DNA of 20,000 nt from an uncultured Actinomycetes bacterium. Lineage in GTDB: Bacteria; Actinomycetota; Acidimicrobiia; Spongiisociales; DATADW01. The translations under genes and the position numbers were made by a program. The notes below the pieces were generated by a model. The model worked only from the letters and a program-made list of their open reading frames with translations, did no database searches and had not been told where the DNA came from. Below, piece by piece: positions 1 through 7,776 of the stretch. The stretch spans positions 48,273-68,272 of the forward strand of contig CAWGRK010000006.1 in the NCBI GenBank assembly GCA_963824995.1, read 5' to 3'. The first letter of the stretch is position 1; every line of letters starts with the position of its first letter.

Positions 1-628
1 CCGATGAACGAAGGGCGGCGGCGATGGACGAGGCGATCAGGTCGTCGGGCCTGTCCAGGTTGATGTTGTACGCGATCAGGACGGGGCGGGCCCCCACGGC
101 GACGGCACCGCTATTCCGGTGGAACTCCACCGGCCCGTAATCGGGCCGATCGGTGCGGGTGGAGAGAGCCTCATATCCGCCCCGCCGGACCTTGGCCAGC
201 GAGACGTTCTGTCCGCTGCTGGACGCTGCGCCGTAGAGGTAAACAGGTATCCCGATGTTGTCGCCGATGCGTTTTCCCACCCGGCGCGCCAGGTCCACGC
301 AGGTGGTCATCGATACACCGTGATAGGGCACGAAAGGGAGCACGTCCACCGCACCCATCCTGGGATGGGCACCGTGATGCCTGGTCATGTCGATCGAGAC
401 CGCAGCGGTGCGCACCAGGATGAGCGCCGCCTCCTCCACGGACTCGGGTGACCCCATGAACGTGAAGACCGTTCGATGCACGGCGGGGCTGGGATCCACA
501 TCGAGGAGCGTCACATCCCCGACCGAGGAGATGGCATCCGCCAACTCACCGATCACCCGCCGGTCGCGCCCCTCGCTCACGTTTGGCACGCACTCCACCA
601 GCGGACCGGTGAGCGGTCGCCGGGTCAT
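1..628 (-). CDS. ftcD: Glutamate formiminotransferase (FTCD N-terminal domain); partial, runs off the window start
   Basis: Not in the ORF track because there is no stop in the window. Manual translation from ATG 628 gives MTRRPLTGPLVECVPNVSEGRDRRVI...HRTVFTF...IDMTRHHGAHPRMGAVDVLPFVP...GIPVYLY...VRRGGYE...PDYGP...GAVAVGARPVLIAYNINL, the hallmark FTCD motifs. The start overlaps the MFS stop (ATGA, 625-628). Confidence 0.93.
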   Translation of the reverse strand, partial: MTRRPLTGPLVECVPNVSEGRDRRVIGELADAISSVGDVTLLDVDPSPAVHRTVFTFMGSPESVEEAALILVRTAAVSIDMTRHHGAHPRMGAVDVLPFVPYHGVSMTTCVDLARRVGKRIGDNIGIPVYLYGAASSSGQNVSLAKVRRGGYEALSTRTDRPDYGPVEFHRNSGAVAVGARPVLIAYNINLDRPDDLIASSIAAALRSS

Positions 629-2319
629 TTCCGGGGCGTGCCACCCGGCACCGAAGCCTCGACCGTTTCCTCCAGACGCACCGACCCGTCTGTCTCGTGG
701 AGTGCGTGGTGCACCGCCACCAGTTGCTCCCAGTCGGGCCGATCGGCCGGGTCATCAACGTCGATGGCGACGAGATGCCGCCCGATCGGCCCGCCGGCCC
801 TGTCGAAGGCTCGAGCCGATCGGATGAGATCTGCCGCTGCGGCGTCGATCCGCCTGTGCTGGCGGAGATGGTCCTCCCAGGAGGCGAGCAGGAAGACCTC
901 CGTCATCCGGTGCGCGTCTTCGGCGTTGCGGTAGAGCCGCCACCTGTAGGCACCGGTGCGGAGACGGACCTGACGGACCTCGTTCATCAGCTCGAGGAAC
1001 TCGGCCAGGTCGGACTGGTCGATCACCCAGGTGTTGAGGACCATCACCGGCCCTCCTTCGACGTGGTCTGCGTGCTCGGGGACGGTCCAGTCCTCGGGCG
1101 GCTCAGGGGTCACCACCGATCCAAGGTGGGGGAGATGGAGCGTGGGGAGAAACAGCCCGAGGATCACGGTGCCGGTACCCAACGCGACATACGCCACGGG
1201 AGTCCCGAACGCCGACCCGATGGCACCCGCCAGGAGCGCTCCCAAAGGAAGGACGCCGACAAAGGCAAGCGTGTAGAGCGACGCCGCCCGACCCCTCACC
1301 CACGCCGGGACCAGCAGCTGGACGGTGGCGTTGAGAGTGGCCAGCGTCCACACCCATGCGATCCCGGCGATGAAGAGCGCAATGGCGGCCAGCCACAGAC
1401 CGGGAGCCAGGCCGACGGCTATCGCCGCAAGCCCGAAGATGGTGACCGCCACCCCGACGTGACGCTCCGCCAACCGTTCGGCAGCGGCGCCGCGGGTGAA
1501 GGCACCGAGCAACGCCCCCGCCCCCATGGCCCCGAGCAGGGCGCCATAGGCAAAAGCCCCTGCGTCGAGGCTCTCCTCGGTGAGGGTGGCTAGCAGCGAC
1601 TGGACCACTCCCGAGGTGAGAGCGAAGAGCGCTGCCACCGCCAACAGACGGCGAAAGGGTGGGGTGAACCTGGCGAAGCGCACCCCGAGCCCGATTGCCG
1701 AAGCAACCGAGGACACCTCGGGTTCGGCGGGCTCGGACCAGTGGAGCCTGGCGACGGCGATGATCACTGCCAGGAACGAGAAGCTGTTGATGAGAAATGC
1801 CCACCCGGCACCGGCGGCGGCGACCAGCAGACCGCCTATGGCGGGGCCAACCGCCCTGGCGACGTTGAACGCCACCGAGTTGAGCGCCACTGCATTTGCC
1901 ACCAGCTCACGGGGTACCAGATCGGGCACCATTGCCTGCCAGGCGGGGAGGTTGAAGGCAACCCCGACTCCCAGCAGCAGCCCAAGCCCGAGGAGCAGCG
2001 GCGGGTTGAGTAACTCGAGGAAGGCGAGTGCCGCCATTGCGGTGGCGGCGATCCCCATCACCACCTGGGAGACCAACATCACCTTGCGCCGGTCGAGGAT
2101 GTCGGCCAGGGCTCCGGCGGGAAGGGCGAGGAAAAGGAGCGGGAGCGTTCCGGAGGCCGCCATCGCCGAGACCCAGAGCGGCGACCCGGTCAACTCCTGC
2201 ATGAGCCACGACGCCGCCACCGTTTGCACGAACGAACCGACGTTGGACGCCACCGAGGCGAGCCACAGAGAGCGGAATGGTGCGTAGCGAAGCGGGGCAA
2301 CCGAGGTGCTGAACGTCAT
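625..2319 (-). CDS. MFS transporter (MFS_3 / transmembrane secretion effector type) with a soluble C-terminal domain
   Basis: 564 aa with about 12 hydrophobic segments, motif A (AGALADILDRRKVM), loop motif VRGRAAS, and a C-terminal extension FLELMNEVRQVRLRTGAYRWRLYR...EVFLLASWEDHLRQH typical of this subfamily. Confidence 0.92.
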   Translation of the reverse strand: MTFSTSVAPLRYAPFRSLWLASVASNVGSFVQTVAASWLMQELTGSPLWVSAMAASGTLPLLFLALPAGALADILDRRKVMLVSQVVMGIAATAMAALAFLELLNPPLLLGLGLLLGVGVAFNLPAWQAMVPDLVPRELVANAVALNSVAFNVARAVGPAIGGLLVAAAGAGWAFLINSFSFLAVIIAVARLHWSEPAEPEVSSVASAIGLGVRFARFTPPFRRLLAVAALFALTSGVVQSLLATLTEESLDAGAFAYGALLGAMGAGALLGAFTRGAAAERLAERHVGVAVTIFGLAAIAVGLAPGLWLAAIALFIAGIAWVWTLATLNATVQLLVPAWVRGRAASLYTLAFVGVLPLGALLAGAIGSAFGTPVAYVALGTGTVILGLFLPTLHLPHLGSVVTPEPPEDWTVPEHADHVEGGPVMVLNTWVIDQSDLAEFLELMNEVRQVRLRTGAYRWRLYRNAEDAHRMTEVFLLASWEDHLRQHRRIDAAAADLIRSARAFDRAGGPIGRHLVAIDVDDPADRPDWEQLVAVHHALHETDGSVRLEETVEASVPGGTPRK

Positions 2320-2424
2320 GAGGGAAGCTCAGGATCGTAGGTGCGCGCCCGCCGCTTTTGGCAGACCTCGGACCAGGTCAGCAATGGAGCCGATGCCCCT
2401 CGAGCGACGTGGTGGCCCTTGCGC

Positions 2425-3723
2425 TCAGAAGGGAAGAACGAGGCCGTTGGCCGGGGCCTGGTAGGTCCAGGTCCAACTCTGGGTGATCGTCTCACCATCG
2501 AGGTAGGTGATATAGCGGTAAACGGTGACGGTCCCCCCGCCCTCGGGCGTCGCCGTGCCGGTGAGACCATCGTCGACCTGCCGGCCCTCGTTGTCGCCGT
2601 AAAGGGTGGCGGTGAGACTGCTGTCGCTGTAGGACATGTCGATGGTGACCGGGGTCGAGGTGTCGTTGCGGAACACCAGGTCGGGTGCGGTCCATCCCAA
2701 TGTCGCTTCCCGACCCATCGGGTAGCGGCTGATGTAGAGGCTGTGAGGCTGGTGAAAGACGTCTTCGAGCCCGGCGAAGAAGACGGCGTTGTAGAGGGTC
2801 GTCGCCACCTGGCTGACTCCACCGCCGATATTGGCTGGGTGATCGCAGCAGTAGACCTCTCCGCCGATGATGGCGGGCGCCGGCACGTATCCCTTCCCGC
2901 TGGTCCTCTCTCCGACCGTGGCGTTGATCGAGAAGGTCTGACCGGGTGCGACCACCATTCCATCGATGGTGTCCGACATGAGATGGATGTTGGTCACGCG
3001 GCTCTCACAGCACGGGTGGAACGTGGTGAATTGGCCGATGAGTGTCGGTTCGGGCCGCGGCGGCGGGACGATCGGCTCCAGCCCGAGCGCCCGGGCGAGG
3101 AAAGAGGCCATTTCCTGGCGCTCGACTTCCGCCGACGGGCAGTAGAGGGTCTCGGTGCACCCATTGGTCACGCCCTCGCGGGCGAGGATGTTGATCTCGT
3201 TGCGGAAGTAGTTGCTCCTGGTGTCGTTGAAGGCTTGCTTCGGCTCGCCCTTCCACCCCATCGCCCGGACGATCAACGCTGCCATCTGGTCGCGAGCGAT
3301 CGGTACATCGGGGCAGAACTCGGTGGGGGTGCAACCCAGAGTGATCCCAGCTTTGGCGATGGCGTTGATGTCCTTCTCGAACAGGCCGTCGTCGTCGGTG
3401 AAGTAGTCCTTCTTGCCGCTGGGAAGATCGAGCGCTCGGTGGAGGAACGCCGCCATGTACTTGCGAAGCACCGGGTCCTCGGGACAGAAGTACTCGCCGT
3501 CCTCGGTGCAACCGAGGGTGATACCGGCGGCGTAGATGGCCTCGATGTTCCCCTCGTGGGTGCTGCCGTCGTCATCGAGAAAGGTGCCACCGGGAGGAAG
3601 TTCGACCGGCGGGTCCTCCTGGGCGCCGGCGGGCGCGGCAAAAAGCCCAACAACGAGGGTGGCTATGAGTGCCGCCAGCAACGACCGTCGGCGAGTCTTG
3701 GACCGGACGCGGACCCCGCGCAT
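2425..3723 (-). CDS. Secreted protein with three SLH-like repeats and a C-terminal VanW domain
   Basis: Signal peptide (RRRSLLAALIATLVVGLFAAPAGA|QE). Three repeats of F-x-D...I..I...GIT.GC...FCP...R..MA.FL.RA(L/M). Pro-rich linker, then VanW motifs SRVTNI, VVAPGQTFSINATVGERT, GGGVSQVATTLYNA, HS.YISRYP.GREAT and DLVFRND. GGAG RBS 7 nt upstream of the ATG. Confidence 0.88.
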   Translation of the reverse strand: MRGVRVRSKTRRRSLLAALIATLVVGLFAAPAGAQEDPPVELPPGGTFLDDDGSTHEGNIEAIYAAGITLGCTEDGEYFCPEDPVLRKYMAAFLHRALDLPSGKKDYFTDDDGLFEKDINAIAKAGITLGCTPTEFCPDVPIARDQMAALIVRAMGWKGEPKQAFNDTRSNYFRNEINILAREGVTNGCTETLYCPSAEVERQEMASFLARALGLEPIVPPPRPEPTLIGQFTTFHPCCESRVTNIHLMSDTIDGMVVAPGQTFSINATVGERTSGKGYVPAPAIIGGEVYCCDHPANIGGGVSQVATTLYNAVFFAGLEDVFHQPHSLYISRYPMGREATLGWTAPDLVFRNDTSTPVTIDMSYSDSSLTATLYGDNEGRQVDDGLTGTATPEGGGTVTVYRYITYLDGETITQSWTWTYQAPANGLVLPF

Positions 3724-3825
3724 TGGTCATCTCCAAAAGACGTGTGGCGGGCAGGGTAGACCGGCCGTCGCTGGGGACAAGAACTCTCGCTCGGGCTCGG
3801 CTTATCGCCGGGGAGTGACCCGTGT

Positions 3826-5094
3826 TCACGGTGGGTCGGGCCCGGTGGTGTATTCGTGTCCCAGTGGACTGGTCCAGGTGATGGTTCCGTTCGGTCCGGT
3901 TCGCATCCTCCACCCGGCCTCTTTGAGCCGGTGGTCGTGGCGGCACGCCGGGTTGAGGTACTCCACCAGGGTGGGTCCCCCCTTGGAGTGGTCGACCACA
4001 TGGTCGATGTCGGAGCGGGTGGCGGGCATCCGGCACCCGGGGAAGACACAGGTGGGGTGACGGGCCTCGACGTACCTGCGTTGCGCGCCGGTGGGTCTCC
4101 TCCTGGTGGTTCCGTCCCAGAGGACGGCACCGCTGTCGGGGTCGGTGACCGCCACCCGCCACACCGACCCCACCTGGGTGGCGGCCACCCGGCGGGCGAT
4201 GTCGGCCACCACCGGCCCGTAGCCCGGTATCTCCCCCGGGTTCTCCGACAACCGGGTGAGGGTGGCCAGGTCGACTCTGAGGTCGATGACGCCTCTCCGT
4301 CCGCAACCGTCACCGCAGTCCAGGAGGTCCAAGAGGACGTCGCAACGCACCTGGTCGATGCTGCGGGGGTCGTCCTCTCCCTTGGCCACCCCGGCGAGGG
4401 AGTCCAACCGGCCGAAGGCGGCGTTGGCCCGCTCGGGGGGCAAGCACCAGGCGATGAGGTTGGCGGTGCCGTCGGGGTTGGCGGAGAGTTCCACCCGTCT
4501 TCCCTCGACTCCCCTCTGGTAGCGCTCCTGGGCTGCTGCGGGGTCGACCGAGAGCACCAGGCGACGCACCCGCGCCCCCAACTGACCGGTGGTCTGCGAA
4601 GAAGCCCGCTCCAGCACCACAGAGACCACCGCTTGGGCCTCCTCGTCGTCCAGGGTGGCCACCTCGCTGCACACCACCCGGGCCCGGGGGAGGTCGATCG
4701 ACCCCGAGCGGAGCGCCGCGACCAGCGCGGGGAGCCTCTCCAGGTCCCGGGCCAGTTGCAGCAGCGACACCGCCGCTCTCCGGGTGAGACAGAGAGCGGC
4801 CCGGATCTCGTCGGCGGCGAACTCGCCGTCGTCGTCGGAGACCAGGGCGCTCGCCTCAGAAGAGGCGTCGGCCACCCGGGCCACCAGATCCAACAACTCG
4901 GCCTGCTGATGGGACACCTGGCGGGCGTGGGCGGCCATCACCACCACCAGGTCGAAACCGGGGAGGGAGTCCAGGTCGATCCCGGCCAATACCCGGGCAA
5001 GCTCGGGACCGGGGGGCATCTCCTCGAGACCGTCGGGGAGGAGAGAGGGTGGCGGTGGTGGCCACAGCTCCGAGATCACTTCCCCTGCCAGCAT
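3826..5094 (-). CDS. DUF222 (13E12 repeat family) protein with a C-terminal HNH endonuclease signature
   Basis: Motifs EIRAALCLTRRAA, ALRSGSIDLPRARVV, DPRSIDQVRCDVLLDL, GEIPGYGPV, and HNH region CVFPGC...DIDHVVDHSKGGPTLVEYLNPACRHDHRLK, followed by GW...ITWTSPLGHEY. ATG 5094 is preferred over GTG 5100 because GGAG (5103-5100) lies 5 nt upstream. Confidence 0.92.
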   Translation of the reverse strand: MLAGEVISELWPPPPPSLLPDGLEEMPPGPELARVLAGIDLDSLPGFDLVVVMAAHARQVSHQQAELLDLVARVADASSEASALVSDDDGEFAADEIRAALCLTRRAAVSLLQLARDLERLPALVAALRSGSIDLPRARVVCSEVATLDDEEAQAVVSVVLERASSQTTGQLGARVRRLVLSVDPAAAQERYQRGVEGRRVELSANPDGTANLIAWCLPPERANAAFGRLDSLAGVAKGEDDPRSIDQVRCDVLLDLLDCGDGCGRRGVIDLRVDLATLTRLSENPGEIPGYGPVVADIARRVAATQVGSVWRVAVTDPDSGAVLWDGTTRRRPTGAQRRYVEARHPTCVFPGCRMPATRSDIDHVVDHSKGGPTLVEYLNPACRHDHRLKEAGWRMRTGPNGTITWTSPLGHEYTTGPDPP

Positions 5095-5131
5095 GATCAC
5101 TCCATTGGTTCACGGTGGGGAAGTAGGTCAC

Positions 5132-5153
5132 AACCTATCAGCGGGGTGTGACA
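5132..5153 (-). promoter_or_regulatory. RecA-NDp / PafBC-type DNA-damage promoter motif upstream of the DUF222-HNH gene
   Basis: Minus strand reads TGTCAC-ACCCCGCTGA-TA-GGT-T. This matches the spacing of the mycobacterial PafBC motif TGTCGG-N10-TA-N3-T, with 4/6 identity in the first hexamer. Confidence 0.7.
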
Positions 5154-5159
5154 AATTGG

Positions 5160-5173
5160 CGAACACATGTTCG
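5160..5173. promoter_or_regulatory. LexA (SOS) box
   Basis: CGAAC-ACAT-GTTCG has perfectly inverted 5-bp arms and matches the Gram-positive/actinobacterial consensus (T)CGAAC-N4-GTTCG(A). It is intergenic and upstream of the DUF222-HNH gene. Confidence 0.88.
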
Positions 5174-5310
5174 ACCAAGACGACAAATCTCGGCGACGCA
5201 ATCTGGTTACTCGATGAGTTCCGTTCGTGACTCGTGGGCAAAGGCGATGTCCGCTGCCGAGCTCAAACGATCCACGTAGCTATGCGCACGGCCGTGGACG
5301 GGCGTTCTTC

Positions 5311-7575
5311 CTACCAGCCGCTGCCGCCGCCACCACCTCCGCCACCACCACCGAAACCGCCTCCGCCAAAACCGCCGAAGGATCCCGGGCTCCAGCCCCC
5401 ACCGCCCCAACTGGACCCGCCACCGGATCCGCCGCCGAAACTGCCGCCGCCGAAACCACCGAACCAGGACGAACTGTCGGACGACCATGAGTCGTCGCGA
5501 AATACGGGGTCCCAACCCACCCCGGTCCCATGCCCGCCGGTGATGACCCAGTGGAGGTAGAGCAACGTGAACGGGTCGTACCCGCCTAGCCCAGTGGGTA
5601 TGGGCTGGCCGGTCCAAGCATCCTGCTGCCGGCCGGTGCCCTCGTGCGCAAGCTCGGGAGCAAAGCGATCTGCGTCGTCGATCTTGGAGCGGGCAAGGGC
5701 CTGACGCTGGGCGGCATAGGCGAGGGCGAATGTCTCCGGACCGCGTGGGTCGGCAGCGCCGAACGCCGCAGCCACGTCGGCGTACGATCCGCTCAGCCCC
5801 AGGTTGGACAGCGCCTGGCGCGCCTCCACCCATCGACGGAGTGCTTGCGACGGCTCCAGAGAGACAGCGAGGATCCCGGCGATCGTGGAGCGGCTGTCTC
5901 CAGTGACCCCCTCAGCGGCTAGCTCGTCCATCAGCGCCTGGTAGGAAGCGATGCCGTCGTTCCGGTTGCGGAGCAGCGTGGCCGCGATCACCACCGGGAG
6001 ACCGTGGTGGCGGGCCGCCTCGCTCACCGCCTCGATGTCGGCAGGGTGGGTCAGACCGGCCAAGGCGTACTCCACCGCCTCACCTGGCTCGAGGGCATTC
6101 TCCCGGTTGACCCGATAGGCGGCGACGAAGTCGGATACCGCATCCTCAGAGTTGTTGAGGAGCAACAGCGCGGCGATACCGGGCAACTGGAGCCCATCGG
6201 CGCGCAGCTCACCGCCTAGCTGCTCGAGCTCTACCCGCACTCTCTCGTAGCGCTCGGCGGCTTGCGACGGGTCGTCGTCGAGGTCGGCCAGAGCAGCTGC
6301 CACGGCAGGGCGGGTGGCCGATTCGGGGAGGGCGTCGTAGAGCTGCTCGAGCCGCTCCACCTTGGTGGCCGCAGTCTGGTAGCTCGATTCGATGCGATCG
6401 ACCGTCTCCTCGAGCGGTGCTGTCGGCGGGAGGACCGGTGCCGACTTGAGCACCCGCTCCCCGAGGTCGGTGATCAACGCCGGACCGACGGGAGTGTCCA
6501 CCAGACGAGCCTCCACTGCCGCACCGAGGCGGGCTCGAGCTTCGGCGACACGATGCTGGCGCAGCCCGTCTACCAGCGTCTGGAGGTCACCGAGCCGCAC
6601 CCGGAAGAGGGTCTCGTCACTTGCATCCACCGCCAATGCCTGGCGAGCCGCCTCTTGGGCACCCTCGTCGAGCACCGGTCCCTCGCCCTCGACGCGCAGC
6701 TCGAGCGGTATCTCGGTGTCGATCCGCCACCGCTCCCGATCGAGCACGTCTACCAGTCGCTCCGACCACAGCGCCCCACCCACGTCCGGGGTGAGCCCGT
6801 TGCTACCTTGCGCCACTCTCGTCAGTGCATCGATCGCCGCCCCGGTCGGCACCGTCGGACCGTCGGCCGGCGGCTGCATCACGTACTCGGCGATCTGAGG
6901 CAGTTCGTTTCCCGCGGGAGTGAGCCGGCGTAGCTGACCGTCAACCAGTTCCTGGCGTTGCTTGCTGACGACCGCGATGCGATCGCGCCTCCGCTTCCAG
7001 AGGACTGCACCGCCCGCAACCGCGGCAGTACCGCCCAGGATGATGAGGACCAAAGGCCAGCCACTGCCGCCTTCCTCCGCCGATTGCCCTTCCTCACCGG
7101 GGCCAGCCTCGAGCGCCGACTCGAGCGACCCGACGATGGCGAGGACACCCCCGTCGAAATCGCCAGCCGCGAAGAAGCTGTCGCCGGCCGATGCGATCTG
7201 GCTTGGATCCCGCAGTTCGAGGCCGTCGCCGGGCTCGACCCATGTGTCCCGACCCCCGACGTCGACCAGGACCACGACGCCGTCGTCATTCTCGGCCGAG
7301 CCGACACCCCATTCGTTTCCGATGCCCTGGGCGAACTCCTGGGTGGACTGCCCACCGGTATCGGGCACCATCACCACTGCGATCTGGTTGCCGCGGCCCT
7401 GAACGACCCGGCCAACCGCCTCCTCGAGCCGGGTGTCGTCCTCGATGACCCCGGCGGCGTCGGTCACATACCCGTCGCAGGTGATCCCTTCATAGGCAGG
7501 GCAGGTCGTGTCCTGACCGGCGGCGAGAGCCGGCGTGAGGAGAACGGTCAGGATGGCGGCTGCGATCACGCGCAT
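5311..7575 (-). CDS. TPM-domain (DUF477 / YgcG-like) membrane protein with a large cytoplasmic helical region and Gly-rich tail
   Basis: Probable start ATG 7575 (MRVIAAAILTVLLTPALAAG, a signal peptide). TPM motifs YVTDAAGVI, QIAVVMVPD, WGVGSAENDDGVVVLV, FFAAGDFDGGV. One TM helix followed by KRRR, and a C-terminal GGFGGGGFGGGGGGGGGGSGW. The ORF-track start 7659 reads through a heptamer repeat and is unlikely. Confidence 0.85.
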   Translation of the reverse strand: MRVIAAAILTVLLTPALAAGQDTTCPAYEGITCDGYVTDAAGVIEDDTRLEEAVGRVVQGRGNQIAVVMVPDTGGQSTQEFAQGIGNEWGVGSAENDDGVVVLVDVGGRDTWVEPGDGLELRDPSQIASAGDSFFAAGDFDGGVLAIVGSLESALEAGPGEEGQSAEEGGSGWPLVLIILGGTAAVAGGAVLWKRRRDRIAVVSKQRQELVDGQLRRLTPAGNELPQIAEYVMQPPADGPTVPTGAAIDALTRVAQGSNGLTPDVGGALWSERLVDVLDRERWRIDTEIPLELRVEGEGPVLDEGAQEAARQALAVDASDETLFRVRLGDLQTLVDGLRQHRVAEARARLGAAVEARLVDTPVGPALITDLGERVLKSAPVLPPTAPLEETVDRIESSYQTAATKVERLEQLYDALPESATRPAVAAALADLDDDPSQAAERYERVRVELEQLGGELRADGLQLPGIAALLLLNNSEDAVSDFVAAYRVNRENALEPGEAVEYALAGLTHPADIEAVSEAARHHGLPVVIAATLLRNRNDGIASYQALMDELAAEGVTGDSRSTIAGILAVSLEPSQALRRWVEARQALSNLGLSGSYADVAAAFGAADPRGPETFALAYAAQRQALARSKIDDADRFAPELAHEGTGRQQDAWTGQPIPTGLGGYDPFTLLYLHWVITGGHGTGVGWDPVFRDDSWSSDSSSWFGGFGGGSFGGGSGGGSSWGGGGWSPGSFGGFGGGGFGGGGGGGGGGSGW

Positions 7576-7591
7576 AGGGATCACGGTACCC

Positions 7592-7621
7592 AGGTGGTAG
7601 GTGGTAGGTGGTAGGTGGTAG
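7592..7621. repeat. Heptamer tandem repeat (AGGTGGT)x4
   Basis: Four perfect copies plus AG, read directly from the sequence; intergenic. Confidence 0.95.
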
Positions 7622-7714
7622 ATCGTTTGAGCACCGTTGGGAGTTCGACAGCCCCCCACCCGCCGCAGTCGCAGCGGGTCCCTTCCCCTCTGCGAGAGAT
7701 TGACCTTGGATTGG

Positions 7715-7742
7715 CCGCCGTCCGCCGTCCGCCGTCCGCCGT
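7715..7742. repeat. Heptamer tandem repeat (CCGCCGT)x4
   Basis: Four perfect copies read directly from the sequence; intergenic. Confidence 0.95.
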
Positions 7743-7776
7743 CTCTTTGGGGGACGGATCGAGTGCCGAGCTCGCG

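Noticed and set aside
2341..5151. Long plus-strand ORFs 2341-3759 (472 aa) and 3856-5151 (431 aa)
   Set aside because: They are antisense shadows of the SLH-VanW and DUF222 genes. Such ORFs are expected in high-GC DNA and carry no recognisable motifs.
5311..5470. CCG/CCA-rich repeat and the poly-Pro plus-strand ORF 5234-5560
   Set aside because: It is simply the reverse complement of the Gly-rich tail codons of the TPM protein.
7576..7659. N-terminal extension of the TPM protein (YHLPPTTYHL)
   Set aside because: It is a translation of the heptamer repeat. The signal peptide begins at ATG 7575.
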